The position numbers were made by a program, and so were the translations under genes. 64,000 nucleotides of DNA from Salinispira sp. (GTDB lineage Bacteria > Spirochaetota > Spirochaetia > DSM-27196 > Salinispiraceae): contig CBDDDG010000010.1 of the NCBI GenBank assembly GCA_965226555.1, positions 529,921 to 593,920 of the forward strand, in the 5' to 3' direction. Positions 20,909-29,940 of this stretch are shown piece by piece; the stretch's first letter is position 1; the number at the start of each line of letters is the position of its first letter. A model generated the notes under the pieces. It was not told where the DNA came from, did no database searches, and was given only the letters and a program-made list of their open reading frames with translations.

Positions 20909-21520
20909 TTATAACCATTTCTATTGTAGCCATTTGCGTTGTAGCCGTCTGCGGTGTAGCCCTCCGCATCGTAGCCAGCTGCGTTATAACCGTCTTTGTT
21001 GTAGCCATCCGCATCGTAACCATCTGCGTTATAGCCGTCAATATCGTAACCGGCAGCATCGTAGCCGTCTTTGTTGTAACCGTAGAGGTCGTATTCCGTG
21101 CCGGTGATATAGTGAATACCATCGTCATAAAACCCCCACATGTCGCAGGCAGTGAGAAGTATTCCCGCAATAAAAAATGCCGCGAGCATATATAATCCGA
21201 AACGTTTCTGCGCGGAATGCTTCCGGGCATTTTTCTTTTTGTTTAAGTTCAAATTCTTCATGAATTTCCTCCATATAGGATAGAGTATAATGGCAGGCAT
21301 AAGCCAAGGTCAAGCAAAACTTTCATATATTGCAATTCGTAAGTACACCATCAAAGCCTAATCATCCCAACACACAGCGATGTCCGGTAAATCGTACATC
21401 GCTTTTTTTTAATGATCTCCCTGTTGCGCCTGTTGTACATCCATCCTCCCTACACTTTTTATGAATGTTCTGATATAATGCCGTGTTATGCATCCAAAAT
21501 GAGCGGCAAAAGGAGCTATT

Positions 21521-23104
21521 ATGCGGAATGGGAACGAGCGGAACGTGAGAGTTGGTCTGTTTGGGGTGGGGCTGGACACCTACTGGCCCCAATTTGCTGG
21601 TCTTAAAGAGCGGCTTGAAGGATATCTGCAGGCAGTTGCCGGTATTATCTGTTCCGATAGTCCCGATAACTCCGACATTCGGACGGATGCCCTGCCAAAC
21701 GCCCACACCCGACAGCCAAACGAACAACCAGACGCGCAGCCAAACGAGCAGCCAAACGAGCAGCCAAACGCGCACCGGGCGCAGAGCCTCCATGCAGGGA
21801 AATCGGCGGGGGTGGAGATGGTGAATGCCGGGTTGGTGGATAATCCGCAGAAGGCAGCGCTGACTGGCACTATGTTCAGGGAGCAGCGGGTCGATATCAT
21901 TTTTTTATATATTTCGACCTATGCGCTGTCTTCGACTGTGCTGCCGGTGGTTCGTGAAGCCGGAGCGCCCGTCATTGTTCTGAACATTCAGCCGGTGGCT
22001 GCGATCAATTACACCTCATTTAATGCCATGAATGACCGCGGCAGAATGACCGGCGAATGGCTGGCTCATTGTCAGGCCTGCGCTGCGCCCGAAATTGCCA
22101 ATGTGTGTAACCGAGCCGGCATAGACTATCATATTCTCACCGGTTATCTGGGCGATGAGTCAATGGAGGCGGAAATTCATGAATGGATTGCTGCTGCCCG
22201 AACGGCAAAAATTATGCGCGCCAATCGTTTGGGGTTGATGGGGCATTATTACGGCGGCATGCTCGATGTCTACAGCGATCTTACCCGTCAGTTGTCGGCC
22301 TTTGGCGGGCATGCGGAAATTGTGGAAATTGATGAGCTTGCCGCCCTCTGCCGTGAGCCGGGCGAGGATGATGTGGCGGGCAGAATTGCCGAATTTAGGC
22401 GGGTGTTTCAGGTTGCCCCCGAATGCGGACAGGCGGAGCTGGAGCGGGCGGCGCGGACATCGCTGGGTCTGGACAGGCTTGTCGAGCGTCATGAGCTGGG
22501 TTCGCTTGCCTATTTTTATGCGGGGGAGCCGGGATCGGTTCATGAAGATATTATCAGTTCGGTCATTGCCGGCAACACGCTGCTCACTGCCCGCCATGTG
22601 CCGGTGGCGGGGGAATATGAGGTAAAGAATGCGCAGGCAATGAAGATAATGGATAGCTTCGATGCCGGCGGGTCTTTTTCCGAGTTTTACGCCATGGATT
22701 TTGCCGATGATGTTGTGCTGCTCGGGCACGATGGGCCTGCGCACGCGGCAATTGCCGATGGGCGGGTTGGTCTTGTGCCTCTGCCGGTTTACCACGGCAA
22801 ACCCGGGCGGGGACTTTCCATACAGATGACAGTGAAAAACGGGCCGGTTACCGTTTTGTCGGTGGTGGAGGGGGCGCATGAAATGTTTCTGCTTGCGGCC
22901 GAAGGGGAGAGCGTGCCCGGGCCGGTGCTGCACATTGGTAATACGAACAGCCGTTACCGCTTTCCCATTCCGGTGAAAGATTTCATAAACCGCTGGGCGA
23001 TGGTCGGCCCCTCGCATCATTCTGCCATCGGCATCGGCCATATCGCTTCCAAAATAGATAAATTTGCCCAGTTAACGGGCATCTCCATGAAACAAATCTG
23101 TTGA
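21521..23104 (+). CDS. L-fucose/L-arabinose isomerase family protein
   Basis: GLDTYWPQF, AGEYEVKN, LLGHDGPAH, GPSHHSAIG; includes a 12-bp QPNE tandem insert at 21713-21772. Confidence 0.85.
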   Translation: MRNGNERNVRVGLFGVGLDTYWPQFAGLKERLEGYLQAVAGIICSDSPDNSDIRTDALPNAHTRQPNEQPDAQPNEQPNEQPNAHRAQSLHAGKSAGVEMVNAGLVDNPQKAALTGTMFREQRVDIIFLYISTYALSSTVLPVVREAGAPVIVLNIQPVAAINYTSFNAMNDRGRMTGEWLAHCQACAAPEIANVCNRAGIDYHILTGYLGDESMEAEIHEWIAAARTAKIMRANRLGLMGHYYGGMLDVYSDLTRQLSAFGGHAEIVEIDELAALCREPGEDDVAGRIAEFRRVFQVAPECGQAELERAARTSLGLDRLVERHELGSLAYFYAGEPGSVHEDIISSVIAGNTLLTARHVPVAGEYEVKNAQAMKIMDSFDAGGSFSEFYAMDFADDVVLLGHDGPAHAAIADGRVGLVPLPVYHGKPGRGLSIQMTVKNGPVTVLSVVEGAHEMFLLAAEGESVPGPVLHIGNTNSRYRFPIPVKDFINRWAMVGPSHHSAIGIGHIASKIDKFAQLTGISMKQIC

Positions 23105-23118
23105 ATGAGGTGAATACA

Positions 23119-23436
23119 ATGATGAAACGTGTCGGCTTTGCCATGCAGCTTATGCCGGGCAGGGTCAGGGAGTATCGGCGGCGGCATAATGAAATATGGC
23201 CGGAGCTGGTTAAGGAACTGGAGGCAGCCGGAGTGCGGGACTATGTTATCTATTTTGATCTGCGCAGCAACACCCTCTTTGCCAGCCAGAAACTGACTGA
23301 GGATAACAGCGCCGAACTTTTGCCGGGCAGTGAAATTGTGAAAAAATGGTGGGATTCAATGGCAGACCTCATGGAAACCCATGCCGATAATTCCCCCGTT
23401 GTGTATGATCTTGAAGAAGTGTTCTTCATGGAGTAG
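23119..23436 (+). CDS. rhaM: L-rhamnose mutarotase
   Basis: EYRRRHNEIWPEL, KKWWDSMADLM, LEEVFFME. Confidence 0.93.
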   Translation: MMKRVGFAMQLMPGRVREYRRRHNEIWPELVKELEAAGVRDYVIYFDLRSNTLFASQKLTEDNSAELLPGSEIVKKWWDSMADLMETHADNSPVVYDLEEVFFME

Positions 23437-23437
23437 G

Positions 23438-25000
23438 ATGGAGCCGATGGCAGAGACCGTTCTGAAATTGAAGAATATCAGCAAGACCTTTCCCGGGGTA
23501 CGCGCCCTCAATGCTGTGTCATTTGAGTTGCGCCGGGGGGAGGTTCACGGCATTCTGGGAGAGAACGGGGCAGGAAAATCGACCCTCATTAAAATTATTA
23601 CCGGTGTTCATCAGCCCGATGAGGGCGAAATCTACCTGCATGGCGAGGCAGTGCATTTTGCCTCCCCGCGTGAGGCTCAAAACAGCGGCATTGCTGCTAT
23701 TTATCAGCATGTTACCTGCTATCCCGATCTGAGTGTTGCCGAAAATATCTTCATGGGCCATGAGAGCATACATCCTGTCAGTAAAACCATCGACTGGAAG
23801 CGCATGCGCGAGCGGGCGCAGGAACTTCTGGATCAGCTTGATGCGCCCTTTTCTCCTCGGGCGCGCATGGGCGATCTGTCGGTAGCGCGGCAGCAGATTG
23901 TGGAAATTGCCAAGGCGCTTTCCATGAATGCCCGCATTATTATTATGGATGAGCCGACGGCGGCGCTCTCGCAGCATGAGAGCGAGGAGCTGTACCGCAT
24001 AATTGCCAAGCTTCGGGCTGAGGGAACGTCAATTATTTTCATATCGCATCGGCTGGAAGATATTTACCGGCTCGCTGAACGGGTTACTGTTTTTCGCGAT
24101 GCTGAGTATATCGGCACCTGGAATACCGAGGGGCTTTCCCGAGATGAAATTGTTGTTGCCATGGTCGGCCGGGAGATTACGCAGATGTTTCCCCGGCACA
24201 GCGCCGAGCCCGGAGAGGAGCTGCTGCGCGTGGAGGGGCTGGGGCGAGTCGGATTTTTCAGAGATGTATCGTTTTCCCTGCGGCGGGGGGAGATACTTGC
24301 CCTCACCGGTCTTGTGGGCGCCGGAAGAACCGAGCTCTGCGAGGCCATATACGGCATTGCTCCGGCGGATGTGGGAAGCATGAGTATTGACGGGGTGGAG
24401 TGCCGCATCAGTACGCCGATGCAGGCGCTGCATGCCGGTATTGGTTATATGCCGGAGGATCGGCAGAAGCAGGGGCTCATTCTGAGCTGGTCCATAAGCC
24501 GGAACATTACCCTCCCGGAACTGTCGGCATACGCCCGCAGGGGCTGGCTGCGGGAAAGCCGCGAGTATGAGGCTGCCGGCAGGCTGGCAGACAGGCTGGC
24601 TGTGAAGGCAGGCGATGTGTTCACGGCTGTTTCGACGCTTTCCGGCGGTAATCAGCAGAAGGTCGTTGTCGCAAAAATCATCTCCGGCACGCTCAAAATT
24701 ATTATTCTGGATGAGCCGACAAAGGGAGTGGACATTGGCGCCAAGGCGGCAATTTATGAAATTATCAACGGACTTGCCTCCCAGGGCTACGGCATTATTA
24801 TGGTATCGTCCGAAATGCCGGAGGTTCTGGGGCTGAGCGACCGCATTGCCGTTATGCGCAAGGGGCGCCTGACCGCCCTCCTTCAGACCTCCGAAACCAG
24901 TCAGGAAGAAATTCTCCATGCTGCCATGCACATAGAAAAGGCGGAGTGGCAGCCGGAAAAGGCGGAACAGCCGGAAAAGGCGGAGCGGCATGAGGGGTAA
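23438..25000 (+). CDS. Rhamnose ABC transporter ATP-binding protein (RhaT-like)
   Basis: GENGAGKST, two ABC halves, LSGGNQQKVV; rhamnose gene context. Confidence 0.92.
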   Translation: MEPMAETVLKLKNISKTFPGVRALNAVSFELRRGEVHGILGENGAGKSTLIKIITGVHQPDEGEIYLHGEAVHFASPREAQNSGIAAIYQHVTCYPDLSVAENIFMGHESIHPVSKTIDWKRMRERAQELLDQLDAPFSPRARMGDLSVARQQIVEIAKALSMNARIIIMDEPTAALSQHESEELYRIIAKLRAEGTSIIFISHRLEDIYRLAERVTVFRDAEYIGTWNTEGLSRDEIVVAMVGREITQMFPRHSAEPGEELLRVEGLGRVGFFRDVSFSLRRGEILALTGLVGAGRTELCEAIYGIAPADVGSMSIDGVECRISTPMQALHAGIGYMPEDRQKQGLILSWSISRNITLPELSAYARRGWLRESREYEAAGRLADRLAVKAGDVFTAVSTLSGGNQQKVVVAKIISGTLKIIILDEPTKGVDIGAKAAIYEIINGLASQGYGIIMVSSEMPEVLGLSDRIAVMRKGRLTALLQTSETSQEEILHAAMHIEKAEWQPEKAEQPEKAERHEG

Positions 25001-25964
25001 TATGCGCGCGCGGGAGCTGGGCATGCTCTTGTTCATTGCCGCGCTCAGTCTGATCATTCAGCTTCGGAATCCGGTGTTTCTGAGCATCAGCAACATCACA
25101 TCGCTTTTAACGAATACCTCCATTCTTGCCATATTAGCTGTGGGCATGATGCTCGTGCTGGTGACGCGGGGCATTGATCTGTCCATTGGGGCCATTATTG
25201 CCTTCAGCGGTATGATAACCGCCCTGACGGTGGCGGCGAATCCTGCCCTTCACCCCCTGCTTGCCCTGCTGGAGGGAACGCTCGTTGGACTGGCGGTGGG
25301 GGTTATTAACGGCGCGCTGGTGGCATACGGGGGCATAATGCCCATTATTGCAACGCTGGGAATGATGAATGCCGTGCGCGGTCTTACCTATGTTGTTTCG
25401 GGGGGGCAGTGGGTGAGTTCCTACCAAATGTCCGATGGCTTTAAGGCCATTGCCACCGGCAGTACCCTCGGCATCAATAACCTTATTTTCATAACCATCT
25501 GCGTGTATGCGGGAGCTGTCTTTTTTGTGCAGCATACGCGCATTGGGCGGCGCATTTACGCTGTCGGCTCCAACCCCGATGCCGCCGAAGTATCGGGACT
25601 GCCGAAGAAACGCCTCATTTTACTGGCCTACAGCATTATGGGCGCACTCGCCGGGCTGGCGGGGGTACTGTGGGTGGCGAAGTTTGCATCGGCACAGGGA
25701 AACACCGCGCTGGGCTATGAGCTTCTGGTCATTGCTGCCTGCATTCTCGGCGGCGTGAGCATATCCGGCGGGGTCGGGCGCCTCTCCGGTCTCATTCTCG
25801 GCGCCATTCTGCTCGGTATTCTGAACAACGCCCTTCCGCTCATAAACATTTCCCCTTTCTGGCAGTTGGCCATTCAGGGCATAACAATAATGATTGCCGC
25901 CATAACCAATGTTCTCGTGCGGCGCAATAATGAGCGGGCAGTGCTCGCAGGCAGGGAAAGATGA
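24990..25964 (+). CDS. Rhamnose ABC transporter permease (RhaP-like)
   Basis: GIDLSIG, IYAVGSNP, ELLVIAACILGG. Confidence 0.9.
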   Translation: MRGNMRARELGMLLFIAALSLIIQLRNPVFLSISNITSLLTNTSILAILAVGMMLVLVTRGIDLSIGAIIAFSGMITALTVAANPALHPLLALLEGTLVGLAVGVINGALVAYGGIMPIIATLGMMNAVRGLTYVVSGGQWVSSYQMSDGFKAIATGSTLGINNLIFITICVYAGAVFFVQHTRIGRRIYAVGSNPDAAEVSGLPKKRLILLAYSIMGALAGLAGVLWVAKFASAQGNTALGYELLVIAACILGGVSISGGVGRLSGLILGAILLGILNNALPLINISPFWQLAIQGITIMIAAITNVLVRRNNERAVLAGRER

Positions 25965-26968
25965 TCGGGAAGAATTCAGATGGGCAGGGGGGCCAGGGGC
26001 GGCAGGTGCGGAGCCTTGCCATCCAGCGCCAGTTCAGTTGGCGGCAGTTCTTTTTTCAGTGGGAATGGGCGCTGTTTGTTCTGCTCATTCTTGTGTTCGC
26101 GGTGAACTCCGGAATATCACCCTATTTTCTTTCTCTGAAAAACATTATCAATGCCCCATCGACATTTCTGGACAAGGCCTTCATTGTGTTTCCCATGATC
26201 TTTGTTATTATTCTGGGCAAAATTGATATTTCGGCGGCATCGACCGCCGCCCTGTCGGCAGTGCTCATGGCAGTGGCATACAATGCCGGACTGCCCATGC
26301 CGCTGGCAATGCTTCTCTGCCTGCTGGTCGGCATTCTTGCGGGCGCCATTAATGCTCTCATTATGATTCGCTTTAAGGAACTGTCGTTCGTCATTGTAAC
26401 TCTGGCAACCATGATTCTCTACCGCGGTATTGCCTACATTATTCTCGGCGATCAGGCATCGGGAGATTTTCCGCGCTGGTTTTCGTTTCTGGGCTGGGGC
26501 TCGGTGCTGGGCATTCCCTTCATTGTTATTGCCTTTGTTGTTGCGGCGGTCATTTTTGGTCTGATTCTGCATAAAACAGTTCTGGGGAGGATGATTTACG
26601 GCATGGGATCAAACGCCGAAACCTGCCGTTATTCAGGGATCAATGTCGATAGGGTTACCTTCATTGTTTTTACGCTTACCGGGCTCATGTCTGCTGTGAC
26701 GGCGCTGTTTCTGGCTTCCCGTACCGGCAGCACCAGACCGAACATTGCTACCGGGTATGAGCTGGAGATCATTACCATGGTGGTACTCGGGGGGGTGAGC
26801 ACCAGCGGCGGAATCGGGCGCATTGGCGGGCCAATTCTGGCAGTGTTCATTATCGGTTATGTGAGCTATGGCATGGGGCTTGCCAACATTCAGGCTCCCA
26901 TTGTGCTTGTGGTCATTGGGCTGCTGCTCATTTTTTCCGTCCTAACACAGAAATTCCGCGCTGCGTAA
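25961..26968 (+). CDS. Rhamnose ABC transporter permease (RhaQ-like)
   Basis: GKIDIS, STRPNIATGYELEIITMVVLGG. Confidence 0.9.
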   Translation: MIGKNSDGQGGQGRQVRSLAIQRQFSWRQFFFQWEWALFVLLILVFAVNSGISPYFLSLKNIINAPSTFLDKAFIVFPMIFVIILGKIDISAASTAALSAVLMAVAYNAGLPMPLAMLLCLLVGILAGAINALIMIRFKELSFVIVTLATMILYRGIAYIILGDQASGDFPRWFSFLGWGSVLGIPFIVIAFVVAAVIFGLILHKTVLGRMIYGMGSNAETCRYSGINVDRVTFIVFTLTGLMSAVTALFLASRTGSTRPNIATGYELEIITMVVLGGVSTSGGIGRIGGPILAVFIIGYVSYGMGLANIQAPIVLVVIGLLLIFSVLTQKFRAA

Positions 26969-27169
26969 GTTCCTGCGCTGCGGGAAATAATGAAAAAAAG
27001 AATGAATTTTAGGGTTTTGGGGTATGTAAGGGGTGGAGAATGGTGTAGTCTGAGTACTCAGAACCGATGAATAATTTTTTCTGCGTGGAAAAAAGACTAC
27101 CGGCAGATATAATGGAGTTATGCAAAAGTTTCTGTTATAATACTTCCAGTTATTAAGAAGGAGGAAAAT

Positions 27170-29341
27170 ATGTGTGTTCATTTTATGCGGAGAGGAACCC
27201 TTTTTCTATTCTGCTCAATGTTTATTGTATTGATGGCGGGATGTCCAATGCCGGAACCCAATATGGGGGGGGGGGGGGGGGGGGGTAATGTAAGCCCGCC
27301 GGGCACAATGGATGCCCCAACTCTTGAAGCGGGAGATGAGCAACTCATTGCAACATGGACTGCGCCAACAAACACCGGCGGCAGCGAAATTACCGGCTAT
27401 GAACTGCAATATAGCTCAGATGGCGGAACCACATGGTCAGATCCTCCTATTGAAGTCGCCGCGCTAGCCGCAAAGGCCATCATCTCCGGCCTGAGCAACG
27501 GCAGCAGTTATGAAGTACAGGTACGCGCAGTCAACGCGCAGGGCGCAGGCGGCTGGTCGGACAGCGCATTAGCAAGCCCTGTTGCCGTTCCCCATGCTCC
27601 GAACGCTCCCGGGCTTACCCCGGAAAATAGTCAACTAACAGTTTATTGGACTGCGCCGACCAGCGATGGTGGCAGCGCCATTACCGGCTATGAGCTGCAA
27701 TATAGACAATATAGCTCAGACGGCGGAACCACATGGTCGGATCCTCCTATTGAAGTCGCCGCTCCAGCCACAAAGACCATCATCACCGGCCTAATCAACG
27801 GCAGCAGTTATGAAGTACAGGTACGCGCCGTCAACGCGCAGGGCGCAGGCGGCTGGTCGGACAGCGCATTAGCAAGCCCTGTTGCCGTTCCCGGTGCTCC
27901 CGACTTGCCAAGCCTCACCGTGGAAAATGAGCAACTTCGCATTTCATGGGCAGCGCCGACCAACACCGGCGGCAGCGACATTACCGGCTATGACCTGCGC
28001 TACGCACTAAACAATTCACCCCTGCCGGACGATCCGCAAATTAGCAACACAAGCAATACCTCTCATACCATTATGCAACTGGAAATTGGCAGCCGCTACA
28101 CCGTACAGGTGCGCGGCATCAACGCGCAGGGCAGGGGTTCGTGGTCAGAATCCGCAGCGAAAACATTCCCGCTCATTGCGACACAGGTGCCGGAGGGTAC
28201 GGAGGTCTTTGTCATTCTTTCGACTGTTGACAACGCAATTGCCAATGCCGCAAACCCAAACATTACTGTGGTTCCAGTTACTTCCCCGGCATTAACGGTC
28301 GTCTTACCGACAATTGATGCGGCTACCGGAATTATTATGGTTACCGCAAGCACAAGCCCGGGAACATATACGGTATCTGGTACAGACGGAGGAAGCGAAC
28401 TGTTTGCCCCCGAAAAGTTCTCTGTTACCCTGAGTCCTCCTACTAACGCTGAACTGAAAACAGCGGTAACTAATGGAATATCAAACTGGGGACAAACTGC
28501 CGATCTCAACTACATTCTTACCGCGGCAGTAACGGACATGTCCGAAGTGTTCAAAGATAAAACCGCATTCAATGGAAATATCTCGGGTTGGACTGTCAGC
28601 GCTGTAACGGATATGTCGGAAATGTTCAATAACGCAGACGCATTCAATCGTGATCTTAATAATTGGGATGTCAGCGCGGTAACGGATATGTCGGGGATGT
28701 TCCATCGCACAGACGCATTCAATGGCAATATCTCAAGCTGGAATGTCAGCTCGGTAACAGATATGTCGCAAATGTTCAGTGACACAGACGCATTCAATAG
28801 CAACATCTCGGGCTGGACTGTCAGTAAGGTAACGGATATGTTGGGGATGTTCAATAACGCAAGCGCATTCAATGGCAATATCTCGGGATGGAATGTCAGC
28901 GCGGTAACGAATATGTCGGGGATGTTTGGTAACACAAGCGCATTCAATGGCGACATTTCCGGTTGGGATGTCAGTAAGGTAACGACTATGGCCAGTATGT
29001 TCCAGAGCGCAATCGCATTCAATGGCAACATTTCCGGTTGGGATGTCAGCTCGGTAACGACTATGAGCAATATGTTCGTTTTTACAAGCGCATTCAATGG
29101 CGACATCTCCGGTTGGGATGTCAGCTCGGTAACGACTATGTATTCTATGTTCTTTTTGGCAAGCGCATTCAATCAGAATCTTACTGCATGGGGCGGGACA
29201 GATGAAGGGAGCTTACGGCGTGATCCTAATGATAATAGCAAATATGGAGTAACGGTAACGGATATGTTTACGAGTTCCGGCGTTGTGGATACCGGGGGCG
29301 TGGGTGTTCCCGATTGGTATACTGAGATTATTGCCTATTAA
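27170..29341 (+). CDS. Surface lipoprotein with 3 FN3 domains and DUF285 (BspA-like) repeats
   Basis: Lipobox LMAGC; FN3 motifs W.AP...GGS.ITGY and YEVQVRAVN; ~8 copies of the 26-aa FNGNISGWDVSxVTxM unit. Confidence 0.92.
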   Translation: MCVHFMRRGTLFLFCSMFIVLMAGCPMPEPNMGGGGGGGNVSPPGTMDAPTLEAGDEQLIATWTAPTNTGGSEITGYELQYSSDGGTTWSDPPIEVAALAAKAIISGLSNGSSYEVQVRAVNAQGAGGWSDSALASPVAVPHAPNAPGLTPENSQLTVYWTAPTSDGGSAITGYELQYRQYSSDGGTTWSDPPIEVAAPATKTIITGLINGSSYEVQVRAVNAQGAGGWSDSALASPVAVPGAPDLPSLTVENEQLRISWAAPTNTGGSDITGYDLRYALNNSPLPDDPQISNTSNTSHTIMQLEIGSRYTVQVRGINAQGRGSWSESAAKTFPLIATQVPEGTEVFVILSTVDNAIANAANPNITVVPVTSPALTVVLPTIDAATGIIMVTASTSPGTYTVSGTDGGSELFAPEKFSVTLSPPTNAELKTAVTNGISNWGQTADLNYILTAAVTDMSEVFKDKTAFNGNISGWTVSAVTDMSEMFNNADAFNRDLNNWDVSAVTDMSGMFHRTDAFNGNISSWNVSSVTDMSQMFSDTDAFNSNISGWTVSKVTDMLGMFNNASAFNGNISGWNVSAVTNMSGMFGNTSAFNGDISGWDVSKVTTMASMFQSAIAFNGNISGWDVSSVTTMSNMFVFTSAFNGDISGWDVSSVTTMYSMFFLASAFNQNLTAWGGTDEGSLRRDPNDNSKYGVTVTDMFTSSGVVDTGGVGVPDWYTEIIAY
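27265..27285 (+). repeat. G21 homopolymer (candidate phase-variation tract)
   Basis: 21 consecutive G just after the lipoprotein cysteine region; currently in frame. Confidence 0.85.
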
Positions 29342-29360
29342 CGAGTTGCAATTCAACTCA

Positions 29361-29396
29361 GGCAGGCGCGGAAAAAAATCCGTGCCTGCCTTTTTT
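29361..29396 (+). terminator. Rho-independent terminator
   Basis: GGCAGGCGCGG-loop-CCGTGCCTGCC followed by T6. Confidence 0.85.
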
Positions 29397-29608
29397 CGAT
29401 AGAGACGGCTGCCTGTTTGTTATCTGTCTGCCCGATTCGGCTGCCCATGCGACTGTTGCTGAGACGGGGGGCTAGTCGGCGCTCCGCGCCTGCTCGCCCA
29501 AGCATCCGGCTCACCCAAGCGGCGGGATCAGGTCAATATCCCAAAATAATAAAAATAATTACAAAAATTTTTCATATTCACCATTCATATTTTACCCGTC
29601 TATATAGT

Positions 29609-29824
29609 ATGGGGAAAGATTATATCGATATGGTACATGATAAAATCTGGAAATATGTTTTCGGGAATGCTCAGATATTCCGTGATTTCATATATTCATA
29701 CTTCAACAAAGACCTCGCACGGAGCATGGAGAGCATCAACACAGAGCATACCAGCCCCCGCATTCCCCAATCCCCTGAAAAAAATTCACAAATTTTGCAA
29801 AATTCTCTCAAAAAACATAGTTAA
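29609..29824 (+). pseudogene. Rpn/YhgA N-terminal remnant in the leader
   Basis: MGKDYIDMVHDKIWKYVFGNAQIFRDFIYSYF resembles the Rpn N-terminal HDxxFKxxF motif. Confidence 0.6.
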
Positions 29825-29940
29825 AAATGACTTTTTACCCGTTATAGATATATAAGGGAGAATTCACCATGGGACCATGTCGCCATGGGAGCTCCCCTAT
29901 TAAGAAAAAAACGTTCAAAAAAAATCTTCAGGAGGATTGT

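Larger units (their letters stand above)
18073..21261 (-). pseudogene. Repeat-rich lipoprotein (GYxxx repeats plus WSDGTTMWV beta-propeller-like repeats) split by IS1182
   Basis: Lipobox LLTAC after ATG 21261; removing 19185-20908 and one TTAT gives in-frame NGY-KADGYNAAG continuing into ORF 18073-19041. Confidence 0.88.
29345..29865 (+). repeat. Conserved leader block shared with 62050-62412 (inverted)
   Basis: Shared terminator, family B repeats, GGATCAGGTCAAT, CATATTCACCATTCATATTTTACCCGTCTATAT, ACAGAGCATACCAGCCCCC and ATGACTTTTTACCCGTTATAGAT. Confidence 0.9.

Noticed and set aside
28510..29172. 220-aa antisense ORF
   Set aside because: Shadow of the DUF285 repeats on the opposite strand
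27170..29341. Diversity-generating retroelement acting on the DUF285 genes
   Set aside because: No reverse transcriptase in the window and no non-coding template repeat recognised
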